IMG/VR virus record: IMGVR_UViG_3300010160_000038
Direction: 5' to 3' (one strand)
Source: an uncultured virus (IMG/VR IMGVR_UViG_3300010160_000038)
Taxonomy: Duplodnaviria > Heunggongvirae > Uroviricota > Caudoviricetes
DNA length: 64,000 nt
Of the stretch, positions 28,606 to 39,133 are shown one piece after another; the first letter of the stretch is position 1; each line of letters opens with the position of its first letter. The translations under genes and the position numbers were made by a program. The notes under the pieces are model-generated. The model was given only the letters and a program-made list of their open reading frames with translations, made no database searches and was not told where the DNA came from.

Positions 28606-29022
28606 TTAATTGACGCTATTGTTTAAAATTGTTTTTTCTATTTTGCTAATTTTATCAATTCCAACAAGTGAAATTCTATCTAAAACATCATCTGGTGATA
28701 TATTATCAATCATCCATTTATCCATAATGCTTTTTATATCAGCTATTTTTTCAGGTATTTTAAAATAAGTTTCTGTATGATTAATAACTGTGATATTAAA
28801 ATATAATTCTAATATATCAATTAATTTTATATAAATATCAGATTTAATCCAAAACCAATCAACTATTCCACCCTTTTTATAATATGAGTGTGATATTGTA
28901 TCATTTTTTAAATTAGATATATAATTATAATCATCTGGCATGATTTCAGTTATAAGTTCTTTAAAATCTTTTAAAGAATGATTATATTTAATTTTTATTA
29001 GTTTATATTCTGTTATATCCAT
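28606..29022 (-). CDS. Hypothetical protein with C-terminal DUF6576-like motif
   Basis: DDVLDRISLVGIDKISKIEKTIL. Confidence 0.65.
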   Translation of the reverse strand: MDITEYKLIKIKYNHSLKDFKELITEIMPDDYNYISNLKNDTISHSYYKKGGIVDWFWIKSDIYIKLIDILELYFNITVINHTETYFKIPEKIADIKSIMDKWMIDNISPDDVLDRISLVGIDKISKIEKTILNNSVN

Positions 29023-29474
29023 TACACTTCTATTATATGAACTTTTAATTTTCCAACTTTTTTATCACATATTTTTTGAAAAGCCACTGGTGATAAATCA
29101 ATATTTCTATTTTTAGTTTTATGCATACGATCAATAACTTTAACAATTATTGATTTGTCATTATTAGGATTTATAACTTTTAATAAAGTTCCAAATTTAT
29201 AATGGTTAGAAGCGGCTGTTAATGAATCTTTATGATATCTAACACCTGAAGCTGTTTTCTTTCCATGGAATTTGTTATTATAAAAAGATGCAGTTAAAAC
29301 TTTATGTTTTTTCTCTTCTTTTATTTCAATAAATTCATCATATATTGGATCATCTTCATATTTTTGTTTTATTCTAAAATTATTAAGATTGTTGTATTTG
29401 TTTATATTTTGGTTTTTACTATATTTTGCTATGAATATAATAAAGATTAGGAATAAAAATATTCTTTTTTTCAT
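29022..29474 (-). CDS. RlpA-family lytic transglycosylase (DPBB)
   Basis: ASFY..FHGKKTASG..LTAA..FGT..VIDR..IDLS..AF; N-terminal TM. Confidence 0.88.
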   Translation of the reverse strand: MKKRIFLFLIFIIFIAKYSKNQNINKYNNLNNFRIKQKYEDDPIYDEFIEIKEEKKHKVLTASFYNNKFHGKKTASGVRYHKDSLTAASNHYKFGTLLKVINPNNDKSIIVKVIDRMHKTKNRNIDLSPVAFQKICDKKVGKLKVHIIEV

Positions 29475-29504
29475 TTATTTTATATTATTTTTAATATGTA
29501 ATGT

Positions 29505-30245
29505 TTATTGTGGTGTTAAATTAGGTTTATAACTATTTGGGTCTTTATCTAAAAATTTAAAATCATCTTTTGTTAATTTAAATTTATTAGACATTCTATT
29601 AAATAAATTTACTAAGTCTGTAATAGTTGTATCATCAAATGCGAATATAGTTTCTTTATCATATAAAGAATTAAAAGATGTATAATGATTAACTTTTACT
29701 TTATTAGGTGCTTCTATTGTAAATTCTGACATCATAGCATCTCCATATGTTATATCAACATTTAATTTTAATGTATCTGGATTAGCTTCTTTACCATCAT
29801 TTACTTTAACTAAATGAATATCAATTTCCAGATAATCAGGCTCACCATCTGATAATGGGTCATTTGATTTTGAAACTGTATTTTGGTAATAAGGTATTTG
29901 GATTAAATCACCATTTAATATTAAATCAGTTTTATTCAAATCAAATCTACCATTATGAGTTATTAAATTTAAACACTCTGGTAATAATTTTTTCCATTCT
30001 TGTGAAAAAATTGAAATAGAATGTTCATTAAATTTTTTTAAATGCTTCATTTTAGTATATATTAAATTGTTGCTTTCCTTCAATCTGAATTTCAAAAGTG
30101 GTTTATCATTTATTGTTATATCACCTTTTTTATTCTTTCCAATTTTCTTAACTATTGTTTTTTTATTTTTAAAGCGTCCACCATAAATAACATCACCAAT
30201 ATTAATTGGTATGATAATATCTTCAAATTTTTTTAAATGTTTCAT
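29505..30245 (-). CDS. Apparent fusion of two CTS-leader proteins (second start ATG 30050)
   Basis: MKHLKKFE at start and internal MKHLKKFNE preceded by TTAATATATA. Confidence 0.7.
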   Translation of the reverse strand: MKHLKKFEDIIIPINIGDVIYGGRFKNKKTIVKKIGKNKKGDITINDKPLLKFRLKESNNLIYTKMKHLKKFNEHSISIFSQEWKKLLPECLNLITHNGRFDLNKTDLILNGDLIQIPYYQNTVSKSNDPLSDGEPDYLEIDIHLVKVNDGKEANPDTLKLNVDITYGDAMMSEFTIEAPNKVKVNHYTSFNSLYDKETIFAFDDTTITDLVNLFNRMSNKFKLTKDDFKFLDKDPNSYKPNLTPQ

Positions 30246-31399
30246 GATATATCTGTGTTATTTTCTTTATCTGGATTGTTATAAGATAAATCATCCAATC
30301 TATTTGTCCAACCATCTATGAAATCAACTCTGCCTTTTTTATATCTTTCTAATCTATAATCTTTTATTATATCAAATAATTCTTCACTATCTCTGTTTGA
30401 TAGGTCATTTACATCATATATTAATTCATTATGAAAATCGTTCCAAGTTTCAACTTCATTACTATTTATATCAACATCGTTTAAAGATTTTTTCAATATA
30501 GTTAGAGTTGCAGATGGACCTTGATTTACACAACCATCGTATAGAATATTAGCAATAGATTGATTTTTAAAATTTGACAATTTTTGAGCATCCCAATAAT
30601 CTTTTTTATAAATATTTAAAGCTGTTTTATGAGAAAGGTTTTCCATATCTGCTTTAGAAGGTGTCCCCAAGTTATTATTTTTATAATAATTAACTAATGT
30701 TGGTGCTGCAATACCATATTTAGTTCCTAATAATCTACCAGAACCTATTTCATTACCTGTCCAATTCCCTTTATCATTTCTGTTATCAGTATAACCACCT
30801 TCTATTTTAGCAACACTATTATGTGCTATTTCAAATTTAGAATAACTTTTTTTAACATCTTTATTTATAGGTTTACTAGAAGCAACTATTTCTGTTTTAA
30901 CATCATTTAAAACAGGTGTTTTTTTAATATCATCATTTGATATTAAATCATTTATAGGTATGTATAATAAAAATACAAAAGTTAATTTAATTAAAAGATT
31001 TTTTTTAACATTATATGGTAAAGATTTTAAATCTTCTAATAATCTATAAAAGTATGCTTTTATTTCTTCTTTATTTTTTAATTTTTTTAAAAAATCTTTT
31101 ATAGCATCTAATAATGGGTGGTTATAGTCTATATGAATATTATCAACTTCTGGATCTTGAATCCAATTTAAAAATTTAGTTTTTGCATTTTTAATATCAT
31201 TAACTAATTTGTCAAATTTATTTCTTTTTTCAAAATCCCATTCCATTGTAGTTGGTTGGATTCTATCTGATAAATCCCATTCAATAATAGGAGATTTCAC
31301 ATCTCTATATGTTTCATTTTCAACTACTTTTAATAAAAGATATAAAATATTATTATACTCCTTTTCTAAAATAAAATTATTGTAACTTTTTATTATCAT
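30242..31399 (-). CDS. Glycosyl hydrolase 108 lysozyme with long N-terminal extension
   Basis: IEGGY..D.GN..GTKYGI..IYKKDYW..YDGCVNQG..GWTNRL; CTS-like leader. Confidence 0.85.
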   Translation of the reverse strand: MIIKSYNNFILEKEYNNILYLLLKVVENETYRDVKSPIIEWDLSDRIQPTTMEWDFEKRNKFDKLVNDIKNAKTKFLNWIQDPEVDNIHIDYNHPLLDAIKDFLKKLKNKEEIKAYFYRLLEDLKSLPYNVKKNLLIKLTFVFLLYIPINDLISNDDIKKTPVLNDVKTEIVASSKPINKDVKKSYSKFEIAHNSVAKIEGGYTDNRNDKGNWTGNEIGSGRLLGTKYGIAAPTLVNYYKNNNLGTPSKADMENLSHKTALNIYKKDYWDAQKLSNFKNQSIANILYDGCVNQGPSATLTILKKSLNDVDINSNEVETWNDFHNELIYDVNDLSNRDSEELFDIIKDYRLERYKKGRVDFIDGWTNRLDDLSYNNPDKENNTDIS

Positions 31400-31416
31400 A
31401 TAATATATATTAAAAA

Positions 31417-32394
31417 TTATTTTTCAAAAAAACCTTTAATATCTCTTATTCTATCTGGTATATTTAATATCTGTTTTCTAGCATTTTCAATCATATATTT
31501 ATAAGTTGATTTTCTTGAATCAGACATATCGCTTTTATCTTTATCATGTATTATAACTTGTAATCTTAAATATTTATGAAGAGGTAATTGTTTACATTCA
31601 TAATCAACAGATTTGGAAGTTGCTTGTAACATTAATGTTGCTATATTACTAGCCCATTTTATTATACCCCATTTTTCAGTATTTTCATATCCCAAAAATT
31701 CTGAAAATAAACCAGTTCCTAAAGATAATAATTCAATATCCTCTACCTTAACATCAAAAGAATATTTATTATTTAAAACATCTACTATACCAGCCATTGA
31801 TGGATTATTTATATATGTCCCACCATCAATGCAAACTCTATCACTACCACCAAAATTTATTTTATAAGAAGGTAGATATTTCGGTGAAGCAGAAGTTGCC
31901 ATGCATATATCCTTTAATTTTGCATTATAAGTTGGTAAATTTGCCTTTCTAGATTTGAACATTAAAACTTCATTATGTTTTATATCATAAGATGTTAATA
32001 TAATGGGTTTTAATGTATCTTTTAGTGTTAAATCGCCAAAATATTTATCCAAATGGTTATACAATTCTTTGTTTGAGAAAATTGGTCTAAATAATGTTTT
32101 AACACTTCTATAGGATTTAGTAAAAATATTATTAGAACTAGGAAATATTTTTTCACCATTTGTTGTATATAAGTTTATCATATCATTTATTGATAAACAA
32201 GGATTTATACCATCTTTTGTTGCAGTTAAACCAGTTGCAATTATACCACCAGTTGATGTTCCTATTATAACATCAAATAATTCATGTATTTTTTTACCAG
32301 TCATTTTTTCAATTTTATCTAAAATTATAAGTGGAATTATTCCTCTAAGTCCACCACCATCAATTGAAAGTATTTTAATTTTCCTTTTCTCCAT
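31417..32394 (-). CDS. Patatin-like phospholipase
   Basis: LSIDGGGLRG, GTSTG nucleophile, ATSASP, DGG..NNP, LSLGTG. Confidence 0.93.
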   Translation of the reverse strand: MEKRKIKILSIDGGGLRGIIPLIILDKIEKMTGKKIHELFDVIIGTSTGGIIATGLTATKDGINPCLSINDMINLYTTNGEKIFPSSNNIFTKSYRSVKTLFRPIFSNKELYNHLDKYFGDLTLKDTLKPIILTSYDIKHNEVLMFKSRKANLPTYNAKLKDICMATSASPKYLPSYKINFGGSDRVCIDGGTYINNPSMAGIVDVLNNKYSFDVKVEDIELLSLGTGLFSEFLGYENTEKWGIIKWASNIATLMLQATSKSVDYECKQLPLHKYLRLQVIIHDKDKSDMSDSRKSTYKYMIENARKQILNIPDRIRDIKGFFEK

Positions 32395-32764
32395 TTTCGT
32401 TCTTTATTTTTTTAAAACTCGAAGGTAATATATGATCATTTAATTTAAATATCTTAATTAATGTAAAAACAATTATCCCACCAGGTAATATTGCTAATGA
32501 TGTTATCCCTAATAACTTAAATACATCACCAGTTTGTTCAACTATTTGTTTTATTTCATTTTCTGATAAATCTCTCTTTTTACCATTTTCATCTTTTAAT
32601 TCACCTCTAGAAGCTTTTAATATCAAATCAAAAGCTGCTTTTGTTTCATTATTTTCATTTTTAATTTTTATTACAAAATCATTAAAATTCTTTTTTAAAT
32701 TGTTAGTAAAATCACTTACAATTCTTTGGTATTTTTTAGATTTTAGAAGATATTTCATATTCAT
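32375..32764 (-). CDS. Hypothetical membrane-associated protein
   Basis: Hydrophobic LGITSLAILPGGIIVF..LPSSF. Confidence 0.6.
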   Translation of the reverse strand: MNMKYLLKSKKYQRIVSDFTNNLKKNFNDFVIKIKNENNETKAAFDLILKASRGELKDENGKKRDLSENEIKQIVEQTGDVFKLLGITSLAILPGGIIVFTLIKIFKLNDHILPSSFKKIKNENGEKEN

Positions 32765-32825
32765 ATATATTAAAAAAAATAATGATGTTTTAAACTTTTT
32801 TATTATTTTTGTATAAAAAAATATT

Positions 32826-33584
32826 ATGAGATTATTTTATTTAGGGGATATACACGGTAATTTTAATTTAGTTAGTTCTTATGTCAAAAAATTTGATATA
32901 AAGGATTCTATTATTATACAAGTTGGTGATTTTGGGGTTGGGTTTAAAAAAATTGAAAAAGAAAAAAGAGAATTAGAAATGATTCATACTTTATTGGTTA
33001 AAAATAATGTAACTTTATATGCATTTAGAGGAAATCATGATTATAAACCATATTTTGATAATGACCCATTTGATTTATCTAATATAAAATTATTACCTGA
33101 TTATTCTATTTTAAATATAAATGATAAAAATGTTTTATGTGTAGGTGGGGCTGTTTCTGTTGATAGAATGTATAGATATACTAAAGCACAGAGACAAGGG
33201 CAATTTATTATTAAAAATGGTAATGAATCCTGGTGGCCAGATGAAGTTTTTAATTTAGATATTGATATTGTTTCCAAAATGAAGGATATTGATATTGTTT
33301 TAACACATACATGTCCTGGTTATTGCCCACCTGATAATACATTTTCTTTTGGTCCTTTTGTAGAAGGATTAATTAAAGATACTGGTGATGTTGATTTGAA
33401 GACTGATTTAAACTTTGAGAGACAACAAGTTAGTGAGTTATTCCATATTTTAAAATTGAATGGTAATGATATCAAATATAACTATTATGGACATTTCCAT
33501 GCAAGTAATTCTACAACAATTGATGGTTGTATATACCGTATGTTGGGAGTTGGTGAATTATGGGAACAAAATTTTGATTTTTAA
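32826..33584 (+). CDS. Calcineurin-like metallophosphoesterase
   Basis: GDIHG, VGDFG, GNHD, THTCP, GHFH. Confidence 0.92.
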   Translation: MRLFYLGDIHGNFNLVSSYVKKFDIKDSIIIQVGDFGVGFKKIEKEKRELEMIHTLLVKNNVTLYAFRGNHDYKPYFDNDPFDLSNIKLLPDYSILNINDKNVLCVGGAVSVDRMYRYTKAQRQGQFIIKNGNESWWPDEVFNLDIDIVSKMKDIDIVLTHTCPGYCPPDNTFSFGPFVEGLIKDTGDVDLKTDLNFERQQVSELFHILKLNGNDIKYNYYGHFHASNSTTIDGCIYRMLGVGELWEQNFDF

Positions 33585-33586
33585 TT

Positions 33587-33790
33587 ATGCCTACTATTAA
33601 TACAATTATATTTTTAAGGTGGAAGTTAACTGGAAGAATTGAACACTTTGCAAACCTAAATAGTGTTTATAAATATTATGATGATGGTGAGCTTGGTGTT
33701 AGTATTTATACTTTGTATAAGAAGAATTTAAAAGAAGGATATCAAAATGACACAATTCAGATAATGAAATGTGAATTGAAATATTTTTAG
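33587..33790 (+). CDS. Small hypothetical protein
   Basis: ORF in operon. Confidence 0.55.
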   Translation: MPTINTIIFLRWKLTGRIEHFANLNSVYKYYDDGELGVSIYTLYKKNLKEGYQNDTIQIMKCELKYF

Positions 33791-33817
33791 AACATTATAA
33801 AAATTAATATATAATAT

Positions 33818-34144
33818 ATGATTTTAGATATATCTTGGACTTTATTTATTTTTTATATATGGTTTGAAACTGATTTTACAATATCATATTCTAAATTATT
33901 TGGATTTTATGAAAAATTTAAAATAAAGGAATATGATGAATGGAGAATCACACACCCAAGAGTTGATTATTTTGATTTTTTGAGGATTAAATATCCTAGT
34001 TTTATAGTTAAGTTGATAACTTGTAAACACTGTTTATTATTTTGGATTTCACTTTATATTGTTATATTATCTAATAATTTATATGAATTGCCAATAGTTT
34101 ATATGGTGACATATATTCTATATAAAATAATAAAAAAAATATGA
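33818..34144 (+). CDS. Membrane protein with C.HC..FW motif
   Basis: KLITCKHCLLFWIS between hydrophobic segments. Confidence 0.6.
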   Translation: MILDISWTLFIFYIWFETDFTISYSKLFGFYEKFKIKEYDEWRITHPRVDYFDFLRIKYPSFIVKLITCKHCLLFWISLYIVILSNNLYELPIVYMVTYILYKIIKKI

Positions 34145-34398
34145 ATATTGTTGTAACAAATCCTTTAGAATTATACCAATTATTGGAAAGTCAAGAAGGT
34201 TATTACAAATCCAACCAAAAGGTAGTTGAATTTATGGATAGAGCATTTATATATTTAAATGGGTGTAAATGTTCTGAAATAGAAAATTATGATGAACTGG
34301 AAAAATCATATAAAATAATATATTCCGAAATAGATTTTATAATATCTGTATTAAAGATTGAAAGATTTTTAAATCTAGAACAATTGATTTTAAAATAA
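34141..34398 (+). CDS. Hypothetical protein (GCKCS)
   Basis: ORF, ATGA overlap. Confidence 0.6.
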   Translation: MNIVVTNPLELYQLLESQEGYYKSNQKVVEFMDRAFIYLNGCKCSEIENYDELEKSYKIIYSEIDFIISVLKIERFLNLEQLILK

Positions 34399-34425
34399 AA
34401 AACCCTCTTTATAAGAGGGTTTTTT
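34397..34425. terminator. Bidirectional terminator
   Basis: AAAAAACCCTCTT-TAT-AAGAGGGTTTTTT. Confidence 0.8.
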
Positions 34426-34427
34426 AA

Positions 34428-34874
34428 TTAAGCTTGTGTTTCAGTTTCAGGTGTTTCTTCGATTACTTCTAAAACTTGGATTTCAAATGTTAAATCTTCA
34501 CCAGCTAATGGGTGATTACCATTGATTACAACAGTATTTTCTTTAACTTCAACAACTTGAACTCTAATTGGTTGACCTTGATCAGTTTGAGCTTCTAAAA
34601 ATTGACCAGATTCAACAGGACCAGGCATATTTTCCAATGGAACTTCAACAATTAAATCTTCTCTTAATGGACCATAAGCTGTTTCTGGTGTAATAGTTGC
34701 AACAACTGTTTCTCCAACTACTTTACCTAAAATTGCATTTTCAAAACCTGGGATAATTTGGTTTGTACCAACTACAAATTGTAATGGTTCTCTACCTTCT
34801 GAAGTATCAAAAACTTCACCATTTGATAATTTACCAGTGTAATGAACACTTACTGTGCTACCTTCTTTAATCAT
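34428..34874 (-). CDS. FKBP-type peptidyl-prolyl isomerase (SlyD/SlpA-like)
   Basis: VHYTG..GEVFDTS, IIPGFE, AYG, NHPLAG.DL.F. Confidence 0.95.
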   Translation of the reverse strand: MIKEGSTVSVHYTGKLSNGEVFDTSEGREPLQFVVGTNQIIPGFENAILGKVVGETVVATITPETAYGPLREDLIVEVPLENMPGPVESGQFLEAQTDQGQPIRVQVVEVKENTVVINGNHPLAGEDLTFEIQVLEVIEETPETETQA

Positions 34875-34943
34875 AAATATATTTGTTTTTTTATTTATAT
34901 ATACTTAATTAAATTTAGTTTAAAAAAATTATTATATTTGTAT

Positions 34944-35351
34944 ATGAGTTATAAAGTTTCTTTCGATTATGATGGGACATTGGATAGAAAAGATGTTCAA
35001 GAATTTGCAATTAGTTTAATAGACAGTGGATATGATGTTTGGATAGTTACTAGTAGATGTGCAACTGAACCTGCATTAGCAAAGGGTTGGCATTGGGTAG
35101 AAAGACAGAATAAAGAATTATATGATGTTGCTGAAAAATGTGGAATCCCAAAAGAAAAAATAGTTTTCACTGAACATGTTGATAAAATAGAATATCTTGA
35201 AGGTAAAGAATTTCTATTTCATTTGGATGATAGTGTAGATGAATTAATAGAAATTTTTAAAAGTAGTGATCCTTGTGAGCCTTTCAATGTTGAATTTTTT
35301 GAATGGAAAGAATTGGTAATAAAGTTTTTAAAAGAAAAAACCACCATTTAA
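34944..35351 (+). CDS. HAD-superfamily-like protein
   Basis: SFDYDGTL, IVTSR, HLDD; ATG 34944 after TATATTTG. Confidence 0.75.
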   Translation: MSYKVSFDYDGTLDRKDVQEFAISLIDSGYDVWIVTSRCATEPALAKGWHWVERQNKELYDVAEKCGIPKEKIVFTEHVDKIEYLEGKEFLFHLDDSVDELIEIFKSSDPCEPFNVEFFEWKELVIKFLKEKTTI

Positions 35352-35364
35352 TGGTGGTTTTTTT
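35335..35364. terminator. Bidirectional terminator
   Basis: AAAAAACCACCAT-TTA-ATGGTGGTTTTTTT. Confidence 0.8.
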
Positions 35365-35369
35365 ATTTA

Positions 35370-37592
35370 TTATTGATTTTTAAAATCTTCAAATTTTGCA
35401 ATTATTTTTTTATTTTTTATATCAATTGTCATTCCACTTTTTTTACCAGTTTTCATTCCTTTACCAACACCAGCTTTTAAAAATTCTTCTCTTGAAACTG
35501 AATTGTGAACACCTGTTGATGGATCTACAATATTATAATCAAAATCTGAAGTTGTTTGGATAGTATTTGTTATTTCAGTAGGAATTTCAGTTGGTAATGC
35601 ACTTAAATCACCTAAATCATTTAACTCTTGGCTTTCTTTTATAAATTCTGAAAAGCTAACAACTTTCTCGACAATAGTTGTTGTCAAATCAGGTGTCAAA
35701 TCTTCTTCTGAATATTTTTTAGACCCGATTGTTTCTTTTTCTAGATCAATCATTTTAGATAGTTCTTCTACAAATATTACTTGCATTAATTTTAATAGTT
35801 GGACATATTTACTACCTGTTTTACCATTCTTATCAACTTTAGGTTCTGGTAATTTTTCAGCAAATAAATCACCAAAAGCTTCTTGAATACTTTCATTACA
35901 ACCTTGTAGATTTTGGAAACCTGACATATTTGTAATTGCTTTATGACCACCAGAAGATTTTTTAATTAAATCATATGCATTAACTTTTATTTTAGATAAA
36001 GTTTCTTTTTCATCTCTGTAAAGGTCTTTATGGTATTTATTAGCAATTCTTTGAACTTTTTCCAATAGATTTGAATCGGTATCATCTAATGGCTTATATT
36101 TGCTAATTGATGATGAATTTACTAATTCTATCACAAATGAACTATTTTCTAAATCAAAATTTGTTAAGTTTTTAACTGAAAATTCAACTAATTTATTTAT
36201 TTTTTGTTCTAATGCCCAATCTTTAAATATTCTAACTTTAACTTTTTTACCACCATTTGTTAAATAACACTCAACATTTTCTAATGTAATTTCATCATCT
36301 GAAATTCCATTATTTTTTAATATTGATTTAACTGTTTCAAATTTAACTTTTGAATAATTGTTTGTTATATTATTAGAAGAATTTCCTTTATCAACAAATA
36401 AATTTATTTTTGTTTCATCAAGATCAACATCTTCATCTTTACTAAAAGAAGTTAAAAATCCAGTTGATATAGAATCCCATTTATAACCAATTGCATCTAT
36501 ATTTTCTTTTAATTCACTTTCTGAAACTCTTTTAATAGTTTCTAAATTTGTCCAAACTTTAGATAGTCTATCTTTTTGACTATCAACAATATCTCTCATA
36601 ATTTGTCCTAAATCAATATCTGGAAACATTTTTTGTTTAAATGGGTTACAACTAACTTGTAATAATCCCATTGGCCATGCAATACTTAAAAATATAGATT
36701 CAGGATATAATTTAAAAGGTGTATATCTATTATACGAACCGGTTTTTATCATTGAACCACCACCTTATTGAACTATAATACCTCTTTCAGCATCATATTT
36801 AACATTCTCACTTCCTTTTTGTTTATTTACATAATCAGAGTGGTGTTTTGAAATGGTTTCACCACTATCCCAACCTTCTTCTTTAGCTACTTTTTGTATC
36901 ATTTGGTACATAGCAACTAAACTAGCAGGACATTCTAAAACTAATTTATTTAAAAGATAACCTTTATTTGATTTATCGGATTTATCTGCTTTATTTTTAT
37001 AAGCTAATAATAATCTATTAGTTACATTAGCAATCATTATTCTATTTTTAGTAATACCACCTGGTGTTCTTCCTGATTTTACATCAGTTAAAACAGATTG
37101 TGTTACCTCTTCTGGTGATATTTCATGTTTTAAATATGCTGCACTATCAATCATTGATATTGCATCTAAATCTTCCTGTGGGAAAGCTGAATTTTTAGCA
37201 ACTATTCTATCTAAAGTTTCAACATTAGATGGAGATGTTCTTGTAGATGTTGCTAAACTTTTATCAAAATCTGTTTGTCTGTCATGATGATCAGTTGCAA
37301 TTGTAAAATAAGGTGAACCTTGTGCAAAATCAACTAAAACCATCATTGTATCATCTGCCCAAGGTTTAATATCATTAGCAAATGTTCTAGGTCCATATTG
37401 AGTCCATTCTGCTCCAATAGTTTTTATACCATAGGATTTTAAATATTCTCTAATAGCAATTGCAGATGCAACACCATCCATATCTTGATGATAATAGATA
37501 ACACATTTTTTATATTTTTGTGCTAATTTGTTAATATTCTGTAAACCAGCTTCTTCTAAAATCATTTTTTTTAAAGATTTAATCTTTTTCAT
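35370..37592 (-). pseudogene. DHH/DHHA1 phosphoesterase-like gene interrupted by one in-frame TAA (36767-36765)
   Basis: HQDMDG, VDF, TDHH in ORF 36765-37592; SGGHK (DHHA1-like) in ORF 35370-36752; junction reads IIVQ*GGGSMIKTG in one frame. Confidence 0.7.
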
Positions 37593-37644
37593 ATTAATTG
37601 TTAATTTTTATTATATATTATTTTATAATTACCATTTTTTGGTT

Positions 37645-39036
37645 TTATTTATCTAAATCCTTACCAAATCCAAATATTTTACCTTCTTTATCACCTTTTC
37701 CATCTTCATCATCATATTTAGTATCAAAGAAATTTCCATTATCTTTTACTATTTTAACATTAGAATCCATTGATGCATATGGTCCTAACTCACCTGACCT
37801 AAATACACCACCAATCATATCACCATTCAATAATCCTTCAACAAAGTAGCATTCAGTTATATTAGATTGTTCTACTTTACAACCTAATAATTTAGATTTT
37901 AAAGCATCACTATGTTGCAATTTACAATGTTTCATTTGTGAATTTTTAATATCACATCCTACAAAAAAGCAATTTTCAAAAATACCTTCTAATGTACAAT
38001 TTATAAAATCCAAGTTTGAAACTGATGATGATAATTTAACATTAGCATCAACTATTTCAAATAGTTTAGTTTGTGTTACATAATTTATTATACATTCTTT
38101 TAAATCTATTGTAGAATCTAAAATATTATATAAATCTTTCCAAATTGAGTAGTAATAAGTTTCAACTATATCATAATTACTATTTTGATCAATTTGTAAA
38201 TGTATAGTTGGATTCTCTATTATAAAATTTTTATATTTAGATATATTATTATATGATTTTATATTATCTTCTAAATAATCACTTAATATTTCGACATCTT
38301 CATTATTAAAACCAGTATCAATAGAATCCCAAGAATTTATTATGAATTTTTCCATGAAATAAATTAATTGACCTATATTTTTTTCATAATTTTTACCACC
38401 TATATATCTATATTCTAATCGTTGAGTCTTTTTATCATTTGTTATATTTGTAAAATTTATACCATAATATTTATTATTAGGTAATCTCATATTATTTTTA
38501 ATAACTTCTATTTGAATATTGAAAAAATTATATTCTTTATATGGTATTATTTTTTTAACAGAATTTGCATAAACATTGTTTTTTCTACTTGGATAACAAT
38601 TCCATATTTCATCTTCATCAGTATTTAAAATTAATTTTAACACATTTAAATCATTTAAATTTTTATCTTCATCATTAAAAGATATATTAAAATGTATAGA
38701 AGATTTATCATTGGTATATCCATTCTCTTGTATCCATTTAGAAATTTTTATTAGATAGTGTTTAGCATTAAAATAATCTAATGGTCCAGTTACAAGTTCT
38801 ACTAGATAAGAACCACCGGAGATATCAGGTTCAATCTTAAAGTTATTTTGATCAGGTGTGAAATCGGAGTGATATTTTCTAAAACCCCATACTTTAACAG
38901 GAGCTAAATATTGATTTAATATTTCTAATGTTTTATAGAATGATATATCATTTGTATAAAATTCAAATTCCATACCAATGATAGCATTTTTCAATTTATG
39001 TATTTGATTTATAAATTTATCAGAATATTTTTCCAT
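37645..39036 (-). CDS. Putative amidoligase (COOH-NH2 ligase) with beta-helix-like tail
   Basis: GMEFEF, EPD.S, ELVTGP, SSIHFN, KYYGIN, LEYR. Confidence 0.75.
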   Translation of the reverse strand: MEKYSDKFINQIHKLKNAIIGMEFEFYTNDISFYKTLEILNQYLAPVKVWGFRKYHSDFTPDQNNFKIEPDISGGSYLVELVTGPLDYFNAKHYLIKISKWIQENGYTNDKSSIHFNISFNDEDKNLNDLNVLKLILNTDEDEIWNCYPSRKNNVYANSVKKIIPYKEYNFFNIQIEVIKNNMRLPNNKYYGINFTNITNDKKTQRLEYRYIGGKNYEKNIGQLIYFMEKFIINSWDSIDTGFNNEDVEILSDYLEDNIKSYNNISKYKNFIIENPTIHLQIDQNSNYDIVETYYYSIWKDLYNILDSTIDLKECIINYVTQTKLFEIVDANVKLSSSVSNLDFINCTLEGIFENCFFVGCDIKNSQMKHCKLQHSDALKSKLLGCKVEQSNITECYFVEGLLNGDMIGGVFRSGELGPYASMDSNVKIVKDNGNFFDTKYDDEDGKGDKEGKIFGFGKDLDK

Positions 39037-39133
39037 AATCTATATATTAAAAAATATTTATACATTTTATCAATGGGAGATATACTATTTAATATATAAT
39101 TAAACCTTTTAGGTTAAAAATAATTATTATGTA

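Noticed and set aside
31417..32394. CBASS system (CapV-like patatin)
   Set aside because: No CD-NTase or Cap2/Cap3 genes nearby
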